A stretch of DNA of 43,767 nt. Origin: Minisyncoccota bacterium. GTDB lineage: Bacteria; Patescibacteriota; Minisyncoccia; UBA6257. This document shows positions 1-12,338 of the stretch, piece by piece. How positions within the stretch are numbered: the stretch's first letter is position 1; every line of letters begins with the position of its first letter. A model generated the notes under the pieces. That model did no database searches, was not told the origin of the DNA, and worked only from the letters and a program-made list of their open reading frames with translations. A program made the position numbers and the translations under genes. The stretch covers positions 1-43,767 of the forward strand of contig JAQVJU010000003.1 in NCBI GenBank assembly GCA_028694995.1. The letters are read 5' to 3'.

Positions 1-70
1 TGCGGGGGTCGGAATTGCACCGACGTCTCGAGGTTATGGGCCTCGTGAGATACTACTTCTCCACCCCGCG
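1..70 (-). tRNA. initiator tRNA-fMet (anticodon CAU); discriminator base and CCA lie beyond the window edge
   Basis: The reverse complement folds as a cloverleaf. Acceptor CGCGGGG/CCCCGCA has a C1xA72 mismatch. D stem GAGA/UCUC gives A11:U24. Anticodon stem is CGAGG/CCUCG with loop CCCAUAA. T stem is GUCGG/CCGAC. Confidence 0.8.
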
Positions 71-87
71 ATCAATTGGGGTATCTC

Positions 88-116
88 ATTATAAAATAAA
101 AAATGAATAATTGCAA
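88..116 (-). promoter_or_regulatory. sigma70-type promoter for the tRNA
   Basis: Minus strand reads TTGCAA (116..111), a 17-nt spacer, then TATAAT (93..88). The -10 element ends 17 nt upstream of the tRNA 5' end. Confidence 0.5.
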
Positions 117-118
117 CT

Positions 119-631
119 TTATAATACCTCTAATAATTCTTCCCAGAATTTTTTATAAATACCTACCATTTCTTTTGCTTTACTTTGAGATAAAGAAAAA
201 TTCTTATCACTAATAATCCTTTGTCTAACCTGATGCAACTGATAAAGAATCTCTAAGTTTTGATAATTCCTAGCTTTTAATTCTTCTAAAATCTGCTCAA
301 AATCATCTTTATCCTTATCATCCCCTTGTCCAGAATAACCAATAGAATTTAATGTTTTTTTAATTATTCCTTGTGCTTGAATAACAGCTAATTTCCATGA
401 AGATTCATAAGGTTCAGCTAGAAAACTTTCTATTCTTTGCCATTCTTTATGGCTTTTACTAGTAGTTATCATCGAAGGAATTATCCCCCACCATTCTTGC
501 CAGCTTTCTTTCCATTGAGAAATAATTTTTAATTTCTTAGCATAATAAATAATACCAATTAAAAAAATTCCACAAAGAATTAAAACAATAATCTTAAGAT
601 AAACAAAATAAATAAAAACAGAAGTAACCAT
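119..631 (-). CDS. hypothetical membrane-anchored protein
   Basis: 170-aa ORF with an N-terminal hydrophobic helix (IYFVYLKIIVLILCGIFLIGIIYY) followed by a charged soluble part. Its ATG overlaps the gatA stop (TAATG). No family recognised. Confidence 0.5.
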   Translation of the reverse strand: MVTSVFIYFVYLKIIVLILCGIFLIGIIYYAKKLKIISQWKESWQEWWGIIPSMITTSKSHKEWQRIESFLAEPYESSWKLAVIQAQGIIKKTLNSIGYSGQGDDKDKDDFEQILEELKARNYQNLEILYQLHQVRQRIISDKNFSLSQSKAKEMVGIYKKFWEELLEVL

Positions 632-2046
632 TAATTAATAATTTGTTGTATAAATTTTGCTAAATTCAATAAAGAATAATCAGATAAATAAGGACCCATA
701 AGCTGTAAACCAATAGGTAAAGTATTTTGCTTAACAACACAAGGCAAACTAATTGCTGGCATACCACTTAAATTAGCACCAACAGTTAGTAAATCAGAAA
801 AAGACATGGCTAAAGAATTATTAGCTTTTTCTCCAATCTTAAAAGCAGAAAATGGTGTCGTTGGTGTTAATAGAAAATCAACTTGCTTAAAAACTTTATC
901 AAAATCTTCAATGATTAATTTTCTTATTTGTAAGGCTTTTTTATAATAAGCATCATAATTATCACTAGATAAAACATAAATGCCAAAAATGATTCTTTTT
1001 TTCACTTCAGAGCCTAAGTTCTTTCCCCTGTTTTTAAAATATAAACCTTGTAGATTTTCTATTCTCAAATCCTTATCTTTACCATAGCGAATACCATCTA
1101 AGCGTGCTAAATTAGCACTTGCCTCAGCTGACATAATAATATGATAACAAGGCAAGGCATAAGGAGCCATTGGTAAATTAACTTCTTTAACTTCAATTCC
1201 TTGTGATTTAATTTTTTCTATTGCTTCTTCAATGCATTCTTTAACTTCTTTATCCAATTCTTTTTCAAAATATTCTTTAGGTAAACCTATTCTTAAATTC
1301 TTAATATTTAATTTTGAATTATCTTTTTCACAAAGTGTCTGAGAAGTTGCATCCATAGAATCTTTTCCTTGGATAGCTTTAAAAACTATCTCTGCATCTT
1401 CTACAGAATTAACTAAAGGACAAATAGTATCCATAGAAGAAGCTAAGGCAATAAGACCATAGCGAGAAACAGTGCCATAACTTGGTTTAAAACCCACAAT
1501 GCCGCAAAAACTAGCAGGTTGCCTAACAGAACCACCAGTATCAGAACCAATAGTAAAAGGAACCATTTCGCTTTTAACAGCTGCTGCTGAGCCACCAGAA
1601 GAACCACCAGCTACTCTTCCCAAATCACTAGGATTTTTAGTAATAAAAAAAGCTGAATTTTCAGTAGAAGATCCCATACCAAATTCATCTAGATTAGTCT
1701 TCCCTATTAATATTGCCCCTTGTTTTTTTAATTTTTCAACTACTGTAGCCTCAAAACCAGATTCATAATTTTCTAACATTTTTGAACCAGCTGTTGTTCG
1801 CGTCCCTAAGGCTAAAATATTATCTTTTACAGCAAAAGGGATTCCTTCTAAAAGATTAATCTCTTCTCCTTTATTGATTTTCTCATCTACTATTCTCGCT
1901 TGTTCTAAAATTAAATCCTTTTCATTTAAAGATATAAAAGCTTTAATTTCCTTGTCTTGTTTTTCTATCTTTTCTAAATAATTTTCTGCTAATTCCTTAG
2001 CGGTGATTTCCTTTGATATTAATTTTTGATGAAGTTTTTTAATCAC
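631..2046 (-). CDS. gatA: Glu-tRNA(Gln)/Asp-tRNA(Asn) amidotransferase subunit A
   Basis: Amidase signature GGSSGGSAAAV and DTGGSVRQPASFCG. The 471-aa length and the adjacent gatC fit GatA. Confidence 0.93.
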   Translation of the reverse strand: MIKKLHQKLISKEITAKELAENYLEKIEKQDKEIKAFISLNEKDLILEQARIVDEKINKGEEINLLEGIPFAVKDNILALGTRTTAGSKMLENYESGFEATVVEKLKKQGAILIGKTNLDEFGMGSSTENSAFFITKNPSDLGRVAGGSSGGSAAAVKSEMVPFTIGSDTGGSVRQPASFCGIVGFKPSYGTVSRYGLIALASSMDTICPLVNSVEDAEIVFKAIQGKDSMDATSQTLCEKDNSKLNIKNLRIGLPKEYFEKELDKEVKECIEEAIEKIKSQGIEVKEVNLPMAPYALPCYHIIMSAEASANLARLDGIRYGKDKDLRIENLQGLYFKNRGKNLGSEVKKRIIFGIYVLSSDNYDAYYKKALQIRKLIIEDFDKVFKQVDFLLTPTTPFSAFKIGEKANNSLAMSFSDLLTVGANLSGMPAISLPCVVKQNTLPIGLQLMGPYLSDYSLLNLAKFIQQIIN

Positions 2047-2058
2047 AATTTTAAATAT

Positions 2059-2343
2059 TTAAAATACAGGTGGAGTTTTAAAATAATCTCCTTCTATATC
2101 AAAAGCAGATTTTATTAATATTTCTCTTTGATTTAATTTTTTTTCATTAACAATATCTTCTCTAAAAACATTCCTAGCTTTACTTCCTCTTAATACGGAT
2201 TCTATATTCGTAGTATCTATTTGTTGTAATTGTTTTGCATATTCTAAAAGCTTTTCAAAATCTAATTGAATTTTTTCTATCTCTTGAGAAGATAATTCTA
2301 TCCTAGCTAATTCTGATAAATTAATTATTTCTTTTTTATCCAT
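2059..2343 (-). CDS. gatC: amidotransferase subunit C
   Basis: 94 aa, directly upstream of gatA. GatC-like layout: LARIELSSQEIEKIQLDFEKLLEY ... C-terminal FKTPPVF. Confidence 0.8.
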   Translation of the reverse strand: MDKKEIINLSELARIELSSQEIEKIQLDFEKLLEYAKQLQQIDTTNIESVLRGSKARNVFREDIVNEKKLNQREILIKSAFDIEGDYFKTPPVF

Positions 2344-2358
2344 AATAAAATAAACTTA

Positions 2359-4813
<2,455 letters not shown>

Positions 4814-4832
4814 AAATGAAAAATATATTTTA

Positions 4833-5357
4833 TTAAATATTTGGCAATAACCTTGGGGTGATTGCCGTTTCAATATTAAATCTATATTCCATTTTTTTAA
4901 CCACAGTAAATGCGTTTAAATAAACAATTATGATTTTTTGACTGTGAGCGCCTTTATCCTTTACGCTAAACTGAAAATCTTCTATTTTTAACACAGAATC
5001 GTCAAATAAAGGCAGTCCATTTTTATTTAAATTATGATTTGATTCATCAAAACGATAATAAGTTTTTTCCCAATTTTTCCCAGAAAAATAAAGAAAAGTA
5101 AGTCCTTTTTTATCCCCATCTAAAACAAAATCCTTGCCCATTCTGACAGTACGAGCAATTAATTCCAAATTATCTCTAATGTTATTTTCACTGTTTAATA
5201 AAGCGTAAGCCACTTGTTCAGAGCGCAAAACTGTAATATAAATATGGGAAATAGTTATTATAATCATTAAAAAGAGACCAACAGCAACCAAAACCTCTAC
5301 CAAAGTAAATCCTTTTTTAGTTCTTTTTAAAAATTTACAAATAAAATTCAACATCAT
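4833..5357 (-). CDS. prepilin-type minor pilin / pseudopilin
   Basis: N-terminus KKGFTLVEVLVAVGLFLMIIITI carries the prepilin cleavage/methylation motif G|FTLVE followed by a hydrophobic helix. Confidence 0.8.
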   Translation of the reverse strand: MMLNFICKFLKRTKKGFTLVEVLVAVGLFLMIIITISHIYITVLRSEQVAYALLNSENNIRDNLELIARTVRMGKDFVLDGDKKGLTFLYFSGKNWEKTYYRFDESNHNLNKNGLPLFDDSVLKIEDFQFSVKDKGAHSQKIIIVYLNAFTVVKKMEYRFNIETAITPRLLPNI

Positions 5358-5367
5358 GTTTAATTTA

Positions 5368-5916
5368 TTATAATCCTAACCAATAAAATAAATGGTCTTC
5401 AACTTCCAATTCAAATTCTGTCTTTTTTGTTTTCCAAGTCATGATAAGAGTCACTCGAATTTGATTGTTATTCACTTGCTCAATTCTTATCTTTCTCTGA
5501 AAAGGAGTCACTTCCCCTGAAGTGTAATTAAAACCAATCTTTTTATCATAAAGTAAATATGGGATAGACGAAGGAGCTTTTTTTAATTCTCCCTTGTTAG
5601 CGTCAATTATATAAAAATCCTTGCTTGGCGTCATATTAGTCAACCAATTAACGCCTTCGCCTTTAGGCTGAAGCTTTCTAATAAAGTTTGTATCCCTTAT
5701 CTGCCTAACTAACTCCATTCCTTCTTGAGCTAAAAAACTGGCTGTTAATCTGTCTTGAATAATTCTTGTGCTGTATAAAACTCTGGTCACTAAAATTAGC
5801 GCTGATAAAATCCCTGTGATCACAACAGTAATGGCAACCAATGCTTCAACTAAAGTAAAAGCCTTATTCCTGTTTTTCTGACAAATTGAAAAATGTTTTA
5901 AATTATTGTGTTTCAT
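5368..5916 (-). CDS. prepilin-type minor pilin / pseudopilin
   Basis: N-terminus NKAFTLVEALVAITVVITGILSALILV is of the class III signal type, with Ala instead of Gly at -1. Confidence 0.75.
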   Translation of the reverse strand: MKHNNLKHFSICQKNRNKAFTLVEALVAITVVITGILSALILVTRVLYSTRIIQDRLTASFLAQEGMELVRQIRDTNFIRKLQPKGEGVNWLTNMTPSKDFYIIDANKGELKKAPSSIPYLLYDKKIGFNYTSGEVTPFQRKIRIEQVNNNQIRVTLIMTWKTKKTEFELEVEDHLFYWLGL

Positions 5917-5944
5917 CTTTTAACAAATAATTTTAAAAATTTTA

Positions 5945-6547
5945 TTAATTAGACACTGATGTTTTATATATTTGACCAATAGGAGAAACTTTTATTTCAA
6001 AATATTGATAATCCTCACCTTTAACACGAATTTTGATATAGCCTTCATTGGCGCCTGTCAATTTATTAGAAAAAAACACTTTTGGTTCTGGAGGAATGAA
6101 AACCACAGAAGAAATATTAGTTTCAAATATTTCAATATTTTTTAAAAGATTGATTGTTTCCACCATTTCCCCTTCATCATAAACACCATTGCCAATTAAA
6201 TCTCCTTGCTTTGATTCACAAAAATCTTGGAAAATTATAAAACTCTCTTTTGGATTTTGATTGGTTACTGGCGCTTGGTCAAAATAAACACCCCAACCAC
6301 AAATTTTTTTCTGACTAGTGCTACCTTTTTGCAGAATAAGCATTGCCGAACTTTTAGCTTTTTGGATTTCAAATGCTATTCGGTTGCCTTCTCGGGCAAG
6401 ATTAGAAACTAATTCACTCTGCCTAGAATGAACCAAAACCATTGTCGTTAAAAGCGTGATAATGCCCAAAGTTACCATCATTTCTATTACAGTAAATCCG
6501 TTTTTTAACTTATTGCTGTTAGAATTTTTAATTTTATCAATAAACAT
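5945..6547 (-). CDS. prepilin-type minor pilin / pseudopilin (GspH/FimT-like size)
   Basis: N-terminus KNGFTVIEMMVTLGIITLLTTMVLV carries the cleavage motif G|FTVIE. Confidence 0.8.
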   Translation of the reverse strand: MFIDKIKNSNSNKLKNGFTVIEMMVTLGIITLLTTMVLVHSRQSELVSNLAREGNRIAFEIQKAKSSAMLILQKGSTSQKKICGWGVYFDQAPVTNQNPKESFIIFQDFCESKQGDLIGNGVYDEGEMVETINLLKNIEIFETNISSVVFIPPEPKVFFSNKLTGANEGYIKIRVKGEDYQYFEIKVSPIGQIYKTSVSN

Positions 6548-6559
6548 CTTTGCAAAAAT

Positions 6560-7462
6560 TTACAATATTAATAATAAATACATTTCTATTATTATATCAC
6601 CAAAAAGCATAGTTGTCAGCGCCCCAATGGATAAAAAAGGAGCAAAGGGCACAAAGCTTTTCATTGTCTTTTTTTTGAAAATAATCAAAATCAAAGAAAT
6701 GCCTCCTCCTATTAAAAAAGCAATTATCAAAGCAATTAATGATTCTGGCCAGCCTAAAATAGAGCCTAAAAAAAACGCTAAAATAGCATCACCCCAACCC
6801 ATTGCTTTTTCCTTTGTCACCCAAGCTAATAAAGAAATAATGCCGCAGAAAAAAACTATCCCCGTAAACAAAGCAATGAAATAAGAATAATAGCCAAAAA
6901 TAAAACTCTTATTCCCTAAAAGTCGGAAAAAATATGGCAGAAAATAAAAAGAATTTTTCTGAATCAAAAAGCCTATTAATATTCTCCAAAATAAAGTAAT
7001 TACAATGCTTGGAATCAAAACTTCACTTAAAATCAAATATTTTTTAAAATCATAAACAGAAATGATTACCAAAACACTAACCCAAAACAACCAAAACAAA
7101 CAATTAGAAATAATCAGGATATTTTCTAAACTGATATGTTGCAAAAGATAAGGACTGAAAAAAGCAAAACGTAAAAACCGCATCGCTGTAAGCATAAAAA
7201 GCAAACCCGTTATTATTTCCACCAAAGGATATTGCCAAGAAAGTTTATGCTCACAAGAAGAACACTTACCTTTTAAGAAAAAGAAGCTTAAAATTGGAAT
7301 CAATTCCCACCAAGCCAAAGATTTTTGACAATGAGGACAATAAGAACCTCCTTTAAGAGGAGATTCATTAAGATCAGCCCTATCAATAACAACATTTAAA
7401 AAACTTCCTATAATAGCGCCTAATAAAAAAAAGAAACAAATTAAAAAATAACTCAAACTCAT
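6560..7462 (-). CDS. pilD: prepilin peptidase (A24 family)
   Basis: N-terminal Cys-box CPHCQKSL...CSSCEHKLSWQYPLVE, a polytopic membrane body, and the GWGDAILAFFLG Asp motif. It sits between the pilin and the minor pilins. Confidence 0.88.
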   Translation of the reverse strand: MSLSYFLICFFFLLGAIIGSFLNVVIDRADLNESPLKGGSYCPHCQKSLAWWELIPILSFFFLKGKCSSCEHKLSWQYPLVEIITGLLFMLTAMRFLRFAFFSPYLLQHISLENILIISNCLFWLFWVSVLVIISVYDFKKYLILSEVLIPSIVITLFWRILIGFLIQKNSFYFLPYFFRLLGNKSFIFGYYSYFIALFTGIVFFCGIISLLAWVTKEKAMGWGDAILAFFLGSILGWPESLIALIIAFLIGGGISLILIIFKKKTMKSFVPFAPFLSIGALTTMLFGDIIIEMYLLLIL

Positions 7463-7468
7463 TAGTCT

Positions 7469-7933
7469 TTAAGGCATTACGCAATACACCTGATTAGTGT
7501 CGCTGCAATCTATAGTATAGTGGGTTCCATCTATATCATCTGAGAAAATAACAGCTTCTGGATCTTCCTCTTCTAAACGAGCGCCTAAAACATAATCTGT
7601 TCCTAAATCATTTGACGCATATCGATAATAATAAAGACCGGTATTTAAAGGATCCCTGGGAATACGACCAATGCTTAATTTTTCTTTTGTTATATCATTT
7701 ACAAAAGTATCCCAACTTTGAACTGAATTATAAGTGCCTTTTGGATAATGACCCTTAAAAGAATAGTAAAGTTCTAAAGCATTCATTACATTATGCAAGT
7801 CAGCAACCCTTTTTGAATCTCGGGATTTTTGTCGAGCCCCTCCCATACCCACTAAAATCAATGAAGCCAAAACAGCGATAATCGTAATAACGATTAACAT
7901 TTCAATGAGTGTAAAACCTTTTTTATTTTTCAT
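7469..7933 (-). CDS. type IV major pilin
   Basis: MKNKKGFTLIEMLIVITIIAVLASLIL has a short leader, G|FTLIE and E5. A C-terminal Cys pair (DCSDTNQVYC) fits a disulfide loop. Confidence 0.88.
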   Translation of the reverse strand: MKNKKGFTLIEMLIVITIIAVLASLILVGMGGARQKSRDSKRVADLHNVMNALELYYSFKGHYPKGTYNSVQSWDTFVNDITKEKLSIGRIPRDPLNTGLYYYRYASNDLGTDYVLGARLEEEDPEAVIFSDDIDGTHYTIDCSDTNQVYCVMP

Positions 7934-7985
7934 ATTTTTTTATATATTTTAATTCCTATAATATTATTATTTAACTTTTTATATA

Positions 7986-9194
7986 TTAAATACCTTGAGC
8001 TAATTGGTAAATGGGAAGCAAAACCGCTGAAACCAAAAAAGCCACTAAGATACCAATGATAATAACTAAAATTGGTTGCAATAAATCCACCATTGAGGCA
8101 AGAGCCCGATCCACTTCCTTTTGATAATACCCAGCAATAATTTTCAAGATAAAGTCCAAACGACCAGTGCTTTCTCCCACTGCTGTCATCTGGCTGACCA
8201 AAGGCGGCAGATACACATGATAATTTTCTAAAGTTTTACTAATACTCTCGCCTCTCCTTATATTATCAGCCACCTTGTAGCCAATAGATTGATACACATA
8301 ATTTCCAGTTGCTTCTCCTGCCACTTCAAAAGCAGTCACAATTGGAATGCCGCCAAGAACCAAAGTGCCAGTTGTTTCACAAAAACGAGTAATAAATATT
8401 TTTTTATAGATTTCTCCTAAGATAGGAACCTTTAACATATAAATGCCCAAAAACCTTCTGCCTTCTGCTGAACGGAAATAGTTTAATAATAACCAAATAA
8501 GGCCTAATAACAAAGCCCCAACCACAATGCCCCAACTGGAAAAAAATTCTCCAATGAATATTAAAATTTTAGTCCCTAAAGGGGGCGTGGTTCCAAATTC
8601 TTCAAAAATAGAAACCATTTGCGGAGCCAGAGAAACAGTAATCACAACTGAGATTAAAATAAAAGTGCTAAATAAAAATACCGGATAAGTTGAGGCTGAT
8701 TTCATTTTATTTCTCAAATCATTTTCATGCTCAGCATAATCTGCTAAATAAACAAGAACCTCTTCCAAACGTCCGGTAATTTCCCCAGATTTTATCATTT
8801 GGCTGTAAAATTCTCCAAAAACATCATCTCTTTTACCTACGGCCTTGGAAAGAGGCAAACCAGCATCCAAATCAGAAATTAATTCAAAAACCAAATCTTT
8901 AATTGTTGGCGTAGCTGCTTGAAGATAAAGAGTTCTCAAAGCCTCAATCAAAGGAACCTGAGATTGTAACAAAGTGGCAAATTGACGAAGAAAAACAGAT
9001 AAATCTTTTTTACTAACTCTGGCCTGTCTGCCAAAAATCCCATCCAAGATTGTAGCCTTTCTTTCTGGAGCAATCTCAACCACTATTAATCCATAACCTT
9101 GAAGAATATTTATGGCCACATCTAAAGAACGAGCTTCTACTTTTCCCGCTTTAATATTTCCTTGTTTATCTTTAGCGCGATAAATATATTTCAT
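7986..9194 (-). CDS. pilC: type IV pilus platform protein (GspF/PilC family)
   Basis: Two internal repeats typical of the family (FYSQMIKSGEITGRLEEVL and LVSQMTAVGESTGRLDFIL) with TM segments between them. 402 aa. Confidence 0.9.
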   Translation of the reverse strand: MKYIYRAKDKQGNIKAGKVEARSLDVAINILQGYGLIVVEIAPERKATILDGIFGRQARVSKKDLSVFLRQFATLLQSQVPLIEALRTLYLQAATPTIKDLVFELISDLDAGLPLSKAVGKRDDVFGEFYSQMIKSGEITGRLEEVLVYLADYAEHENDLRNKMKSASTYPVFLFSTFILISVVITVSLAPQMVSIFEEFGTTPPLGTKILIFIGEFFSSWGIVVGALLLGLIWLLLNYFRSAEGRRFLGIYMLKVPILGEIYKKIFITRFCETTGTLVLGGIPIVTAFEVAGEATGNYVYQSIGYKVADNIRRGESISKTLENYHVYLPPLVSQMTAVGESTGRLDFILKIIAGYYQKEVDRALASMVDLLQPILVIIIGILVAFLVSAVLLPIYQLAQGI

Positions 9195-9201
9195 GTATTT
9201 A

Positions 9202-10266
9202 TTAACCTAATAATTGTCTTAGCTCTGTTGGATTTAAGGAATAATTTTCTGCTGTTTCTAAAGATATTTCTCTCTTGCGAACTAATTCCATTAAAGAACG
9301 ATTTAAAGAAACCATGCCTTCTTGAACACTGGTTTCAATAACCAAATCAATCTGATAGCTTTTCTTTTCTCTGATTAAATTCTTAATGGCTGAGTTAGCA
9401 AACATAATTTCACAAGCTGGTATTCGGCCACCAGAAATCCGAGGAATTAATCTTTCAGAAACAATACCAATTAAAGTCGTGGCTAATTGAGAACTAATCT
9501 GGCTTTGCTGAGCTCCGGGAAAACTATCAACAATTCTATCTATGGTTTGACTGGCTGAATTAGTGTGCAAAGTGGAAAATACCAAATGACCAGTTTCTGC
9601 TGCTGTTAAAGCTATAGAGATTGATTCTGGGTCACGCATTTCTCCTATCATAATCACATCAGGGTCTTGACGCAAAACAGAACGTAAGCCCCGATGAAAA
9701 CTTACTGTATCTGTGCCTACTTCTCTTTGATCTATTAAAGCTCTATCTTGGCTAAAAGTATATTCAATTGGTTCTTCAATCGTAATAATGTGTTCCATTC
9801 TTTTATGATTGATTTCATCTATTAAAGCAGCCAGAGTGGTTGTCTTTCCATGCCCAGCCGGACCCACTACTAAGAAAAACCCTTGCTGATATTTTGTAAA
9901 TTCATGTAAAATTGAAGGCAAGCCTAATTCTTCTATGGTTCTAATATGCACTGGGATTAACCTTAAAGCTGCAGAAAGATATCCTTTTTGAAAATAGACA
10001 TTAACCCTAAAACGGATTTTATTCTCAAAAGCAAAAGCAAAATCAATTTCTCTTTCACTAATTAACTTATCTTGCTGTTCTTCTGTTAATAAGGCGCCTA
10101 TTAAACCTGCAGTCATTTCAGGAGTTAAAATCGCTTCATTGGAAATGGGAACTAAGTTCCCATCTATTCTCACTGTAGGATGTTTACCTACACCTAAATG
10201 CAAATCAGAAGCTCCTTGTTGAGCTGCTAAAACCATTAACTCTGCCATCTTCTTTTGATAATCCAT
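9202..10266 (-). CDS. pilT: twitching-motility (retraction) ATPase PilT
   Basis: Walker A GPAGHGKTTT, Walker B DVIMIGEMRD, His box TGHLVFSTLHT, and the PilT-type AIKNLIRE motif. The 354-aa size fits PilT, not PilB. Confidence 0.9.
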   Translation of the reverse strand: MDYQKKMAELMVLAAQQGASDLHLGVGKHPTVRIDGNLVPISNEAILTPEMTAGLIGALLTEEQQDKLISEREIDFAFAFENKIRFRVNVYFQKGYLSAALRLIPVHIRTIEELGLPSILHEFTKYQQGFFLVVGPAGHGKTTTLAALIDEINHKRMEHIITIEEPIEYTFSQDRALIDQREVGTDTVSFHRGLRSVLRQDPDVIMIGEMRDPESISIALTAAETGHLVFSTLHTNSASQTIDRIVDSFPGAQQSQISSQLATTLIGIVSERLIPRISGGRIPACEIMFANSAIKNLIREKKSYQIDLVIETSVQEGMVSLNRSLMELVRKREISLETAENYSLNPTELRQLLG

Positions 10267-10313
10267 TTTATAAAAAGTTAAAACATTTTAAAAATTATCT
10301 TCTATCTAATATA

Positions 10314-11372
10314 TTATACTAAAAACATATCAAGAAAGTAAAGCGCCAAACCAAAAACAGCAACCACGCCAGCTATTAACCAAAAACGCATGGTGACTTT
10401 AGTTTCTGGCCAACCCTTAGCTTCAAAATGATGATGAATGGGTGTTGATAAGAAAAGCTTTTTCTTTTTAATTCTACGATATATTTTTTGGATAATCACT
10501 GATAAAGATTCAGCAACTAAGATAAAACAGAAAAAAGGCAAGAATAAAGCTGTATCAGTTATCATGGCCACCACTCCCATGGTAATGCCTAAGGCCATGG
10601 CCCCAGTATCACCCATAAAAAAACGAGCGGGATAAACATTATACCAAAGAAAAGCCACTAAACTGCCAGCGATTACACTTAGAAAAGCAGCTAAATTATA
10701 CATTCCTTGAGAAAAAGCCACTACTAATAAACAAGCAAAGCCAATTAAAGAAATCCCCCCAGCCAAGCCATCTAAGCCATCAGCTTCATTCATAGAAAAA
10801 GTAGTAGCCACTAAAACAAATACAAAAAACAATGGATACCATGAACCCAAACTAAAAACACCAAAAAAAGGAATGAAAATAGAATCTCTTTCTAATTTAG
10901 CCCAAAACCACCAAGCGCCTATTAAGGCAATTAAAGTATAGATAATAATCTTTTCTCTCATCCTTAAACCTCCACCTTTAGCCCCAATTCTTAAAACTCC
11001 TAATAAATCATCACCTAAGCCAACTAAAGCCGCACCTAACATTGCGCCTAAAGGCAACCAAGTCTGAGCACGAGATAAGAAATTTAAAGCACCAAAAAAC
11101 CCATTAGTCACTTGGGAAAGAATAAAAAACAACAAAGTTACAAATATGGTTGACCCCCAAATCAGAATACCACCCATTGTTGGCGTGCCTTCTTTTTTTT
11201 GATGAAGCGCCATATAGACTGGCGCATTTTCATCAGAACGGATTTGTTTTCTAATACTATACTTGTAAAGAAAATGAGTTAATAAAGGCGTTAAAAGAAT
11301 AGCTAAAATTGAAGTAAAAACTCCTAGAAAAAGAATACGAATAATATGAAAAGCTGGCGAACCAAAGATCAT
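10314..11372 (-). CDS. mraY: phospho-N-acetylmuramoyl-pentapeptide transferase
   Basis: Polytopic membrane protein with MNEADGLDGLAGG, GDTGAMALG and TPIHHHFE motifs. Confidence 0.93.
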   Translation of the reverse strand: MIFGSPAFHIIRILFLGVFTSILAILLTPLLTHFLYKYSIRKQIRSDENAPVYMALHQKKEGTPTMGGILIWGSTIFVTLLFFILSQVTNGFFGALNFLSRAQTWLPLGAMLGAALVGLGDDLLGVLRIGAKGGGLRMREKIIIYTLIALIGAWWFWAKLERDSIFIPFFGVFSLGSWYPLFFVFVLVATTFSMNEADGLDGLAGGISLIGFACLLVVAFSQGMYNLAAFLSVIAGSLVAFLWYNVYPARFFMGDTGAMALGITMGVVAMITDTALFLPFFCFILVAESLSVIIQKIYRRIKKKKLFLSTPIHHHFEAKGWPETKVTMRFWLIAGVVAVFGLALYFLDMFLV

Positions 11373-11378
11373 AAATTA

Positions 11379-12338
11379 TTAATGACTCATTAATAGTTGT
11401 TCTTCTACCCAATTATACAATTTGATTGTATCCCCAAAACGATCTGTTGAATTTAAAATGATAATCGCTATTACTATCTTATCATCTTTTCCTGGAAAAG
11501 GAAATTCATAAATGGTTAAAAGACAATCTTTTGCCTCTGGGGTAGTACCAGTTTTACCTCCCCATAAATTATCTATTTTCCCAGCTAAAATATTTGTGTT
11601 TTCTATCTGATGAACAACTTGATAGTCTGTTGAATAAACAATTGCCTCTTTTAAACGACTAATTTCTCCAAGATAAGGATATTTTGTATAAATCTCTTTA
11701 CTTAAAATAAATAAATCCTCAGTATTTGTAAAATTACCTTCCCTATCTAAACCACTTGGATCAAAAAAAGCTGTATTATACAACCCTATCTCCTTGGCTT
11801 TTTTATTCATCAGCTCAATAAAATTTTTCCCTTTCTTTTCTAAAGCTTCTTCAAAAGCTTTAGCCGCATCATTAGAAGAAGGCAATAAAAGAATTTTTAA
11901 TAAATCATCAGCCTTAATTGTTTCTCCAGTTACTAACCCTCCTTCATCTCCTTCCATACTCACAGCATAAGCACTAATAAGAACCTCTTCATCCAAAGAA
12001 GAATTTTCTAAAACAATTATTGCCGTCATTAATTTAGTTAAAGAAGCTGGAAACAAATGAAGCCTACTATTTTCTTTAGCTAATATTTTTCCAGAATTAA
12101 TTTCCCCAATTAGATAAGCTGTTGCTTGTAATTCTGGAGGTGGAATTTTAAAATCCAAAAGGTCATCTAAAGAATATTCTAATATTTCTATGCTAAGGAC
12201 AATACCAGTGATAACTACCATTAAGCTTAAAACAAACATTGCCCAAAACAAATAAGGCTTTTCTTGAGCAAATTGATAAAAGAAATTTTTATTAATTTTA
12301 TTCTTCTGATTCTTTTCCATCTTTTTTAAATTCATCAA
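11379..12338 (-). CDS. D-alanyl-D-alanine carboxypeptidase (S11 family)
   Basis: SxxK (ASLTK), SxN (SSND) and KTG (GKTGTT) motifs in the correct order, with an N-terminal membrane anchor. Confidence 0.85.
   Translation of the reverse strand: MMNLKKMEKNQKNKINKNFFYQFAQEKPYLFWAMFVLSLMVVITGIVLSIEILEYSLDDLLDFKIPPPELQATAYLIGEINSGKILAKENSRLHLFPASLTKLMTAIIVLENSSLDEEVLISAYAVSMEGDEGGLVTGETIKADDLLKILLLPSSNDAAKAFEEALEKKGKNFIELMNKKAKEIGLYNTAFFDPSGLDREGNFTNTEDLFILSKEIYTKYPYLGEISRLKEAIVYSTDYQVVHQIENTNILAGKIDNLWGGKTGTTPEAKDCLLTIYEFPFPGKDDKIVIAIIILNSTDRFGDTIKLYNWVEEQLLMSH

Noticed and set aside
4814-4873. 20-codon N-terminal extension of the last pilin-block ORF (MKRQSPQGYCQIFNKIYFSF).
   Set aside because: It overlaps the 3' end of the upstream minor-pilin gene by 41 nt. 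The internal start MNYKN precedes the TM anchor and leaves a normal intergenic spacing.
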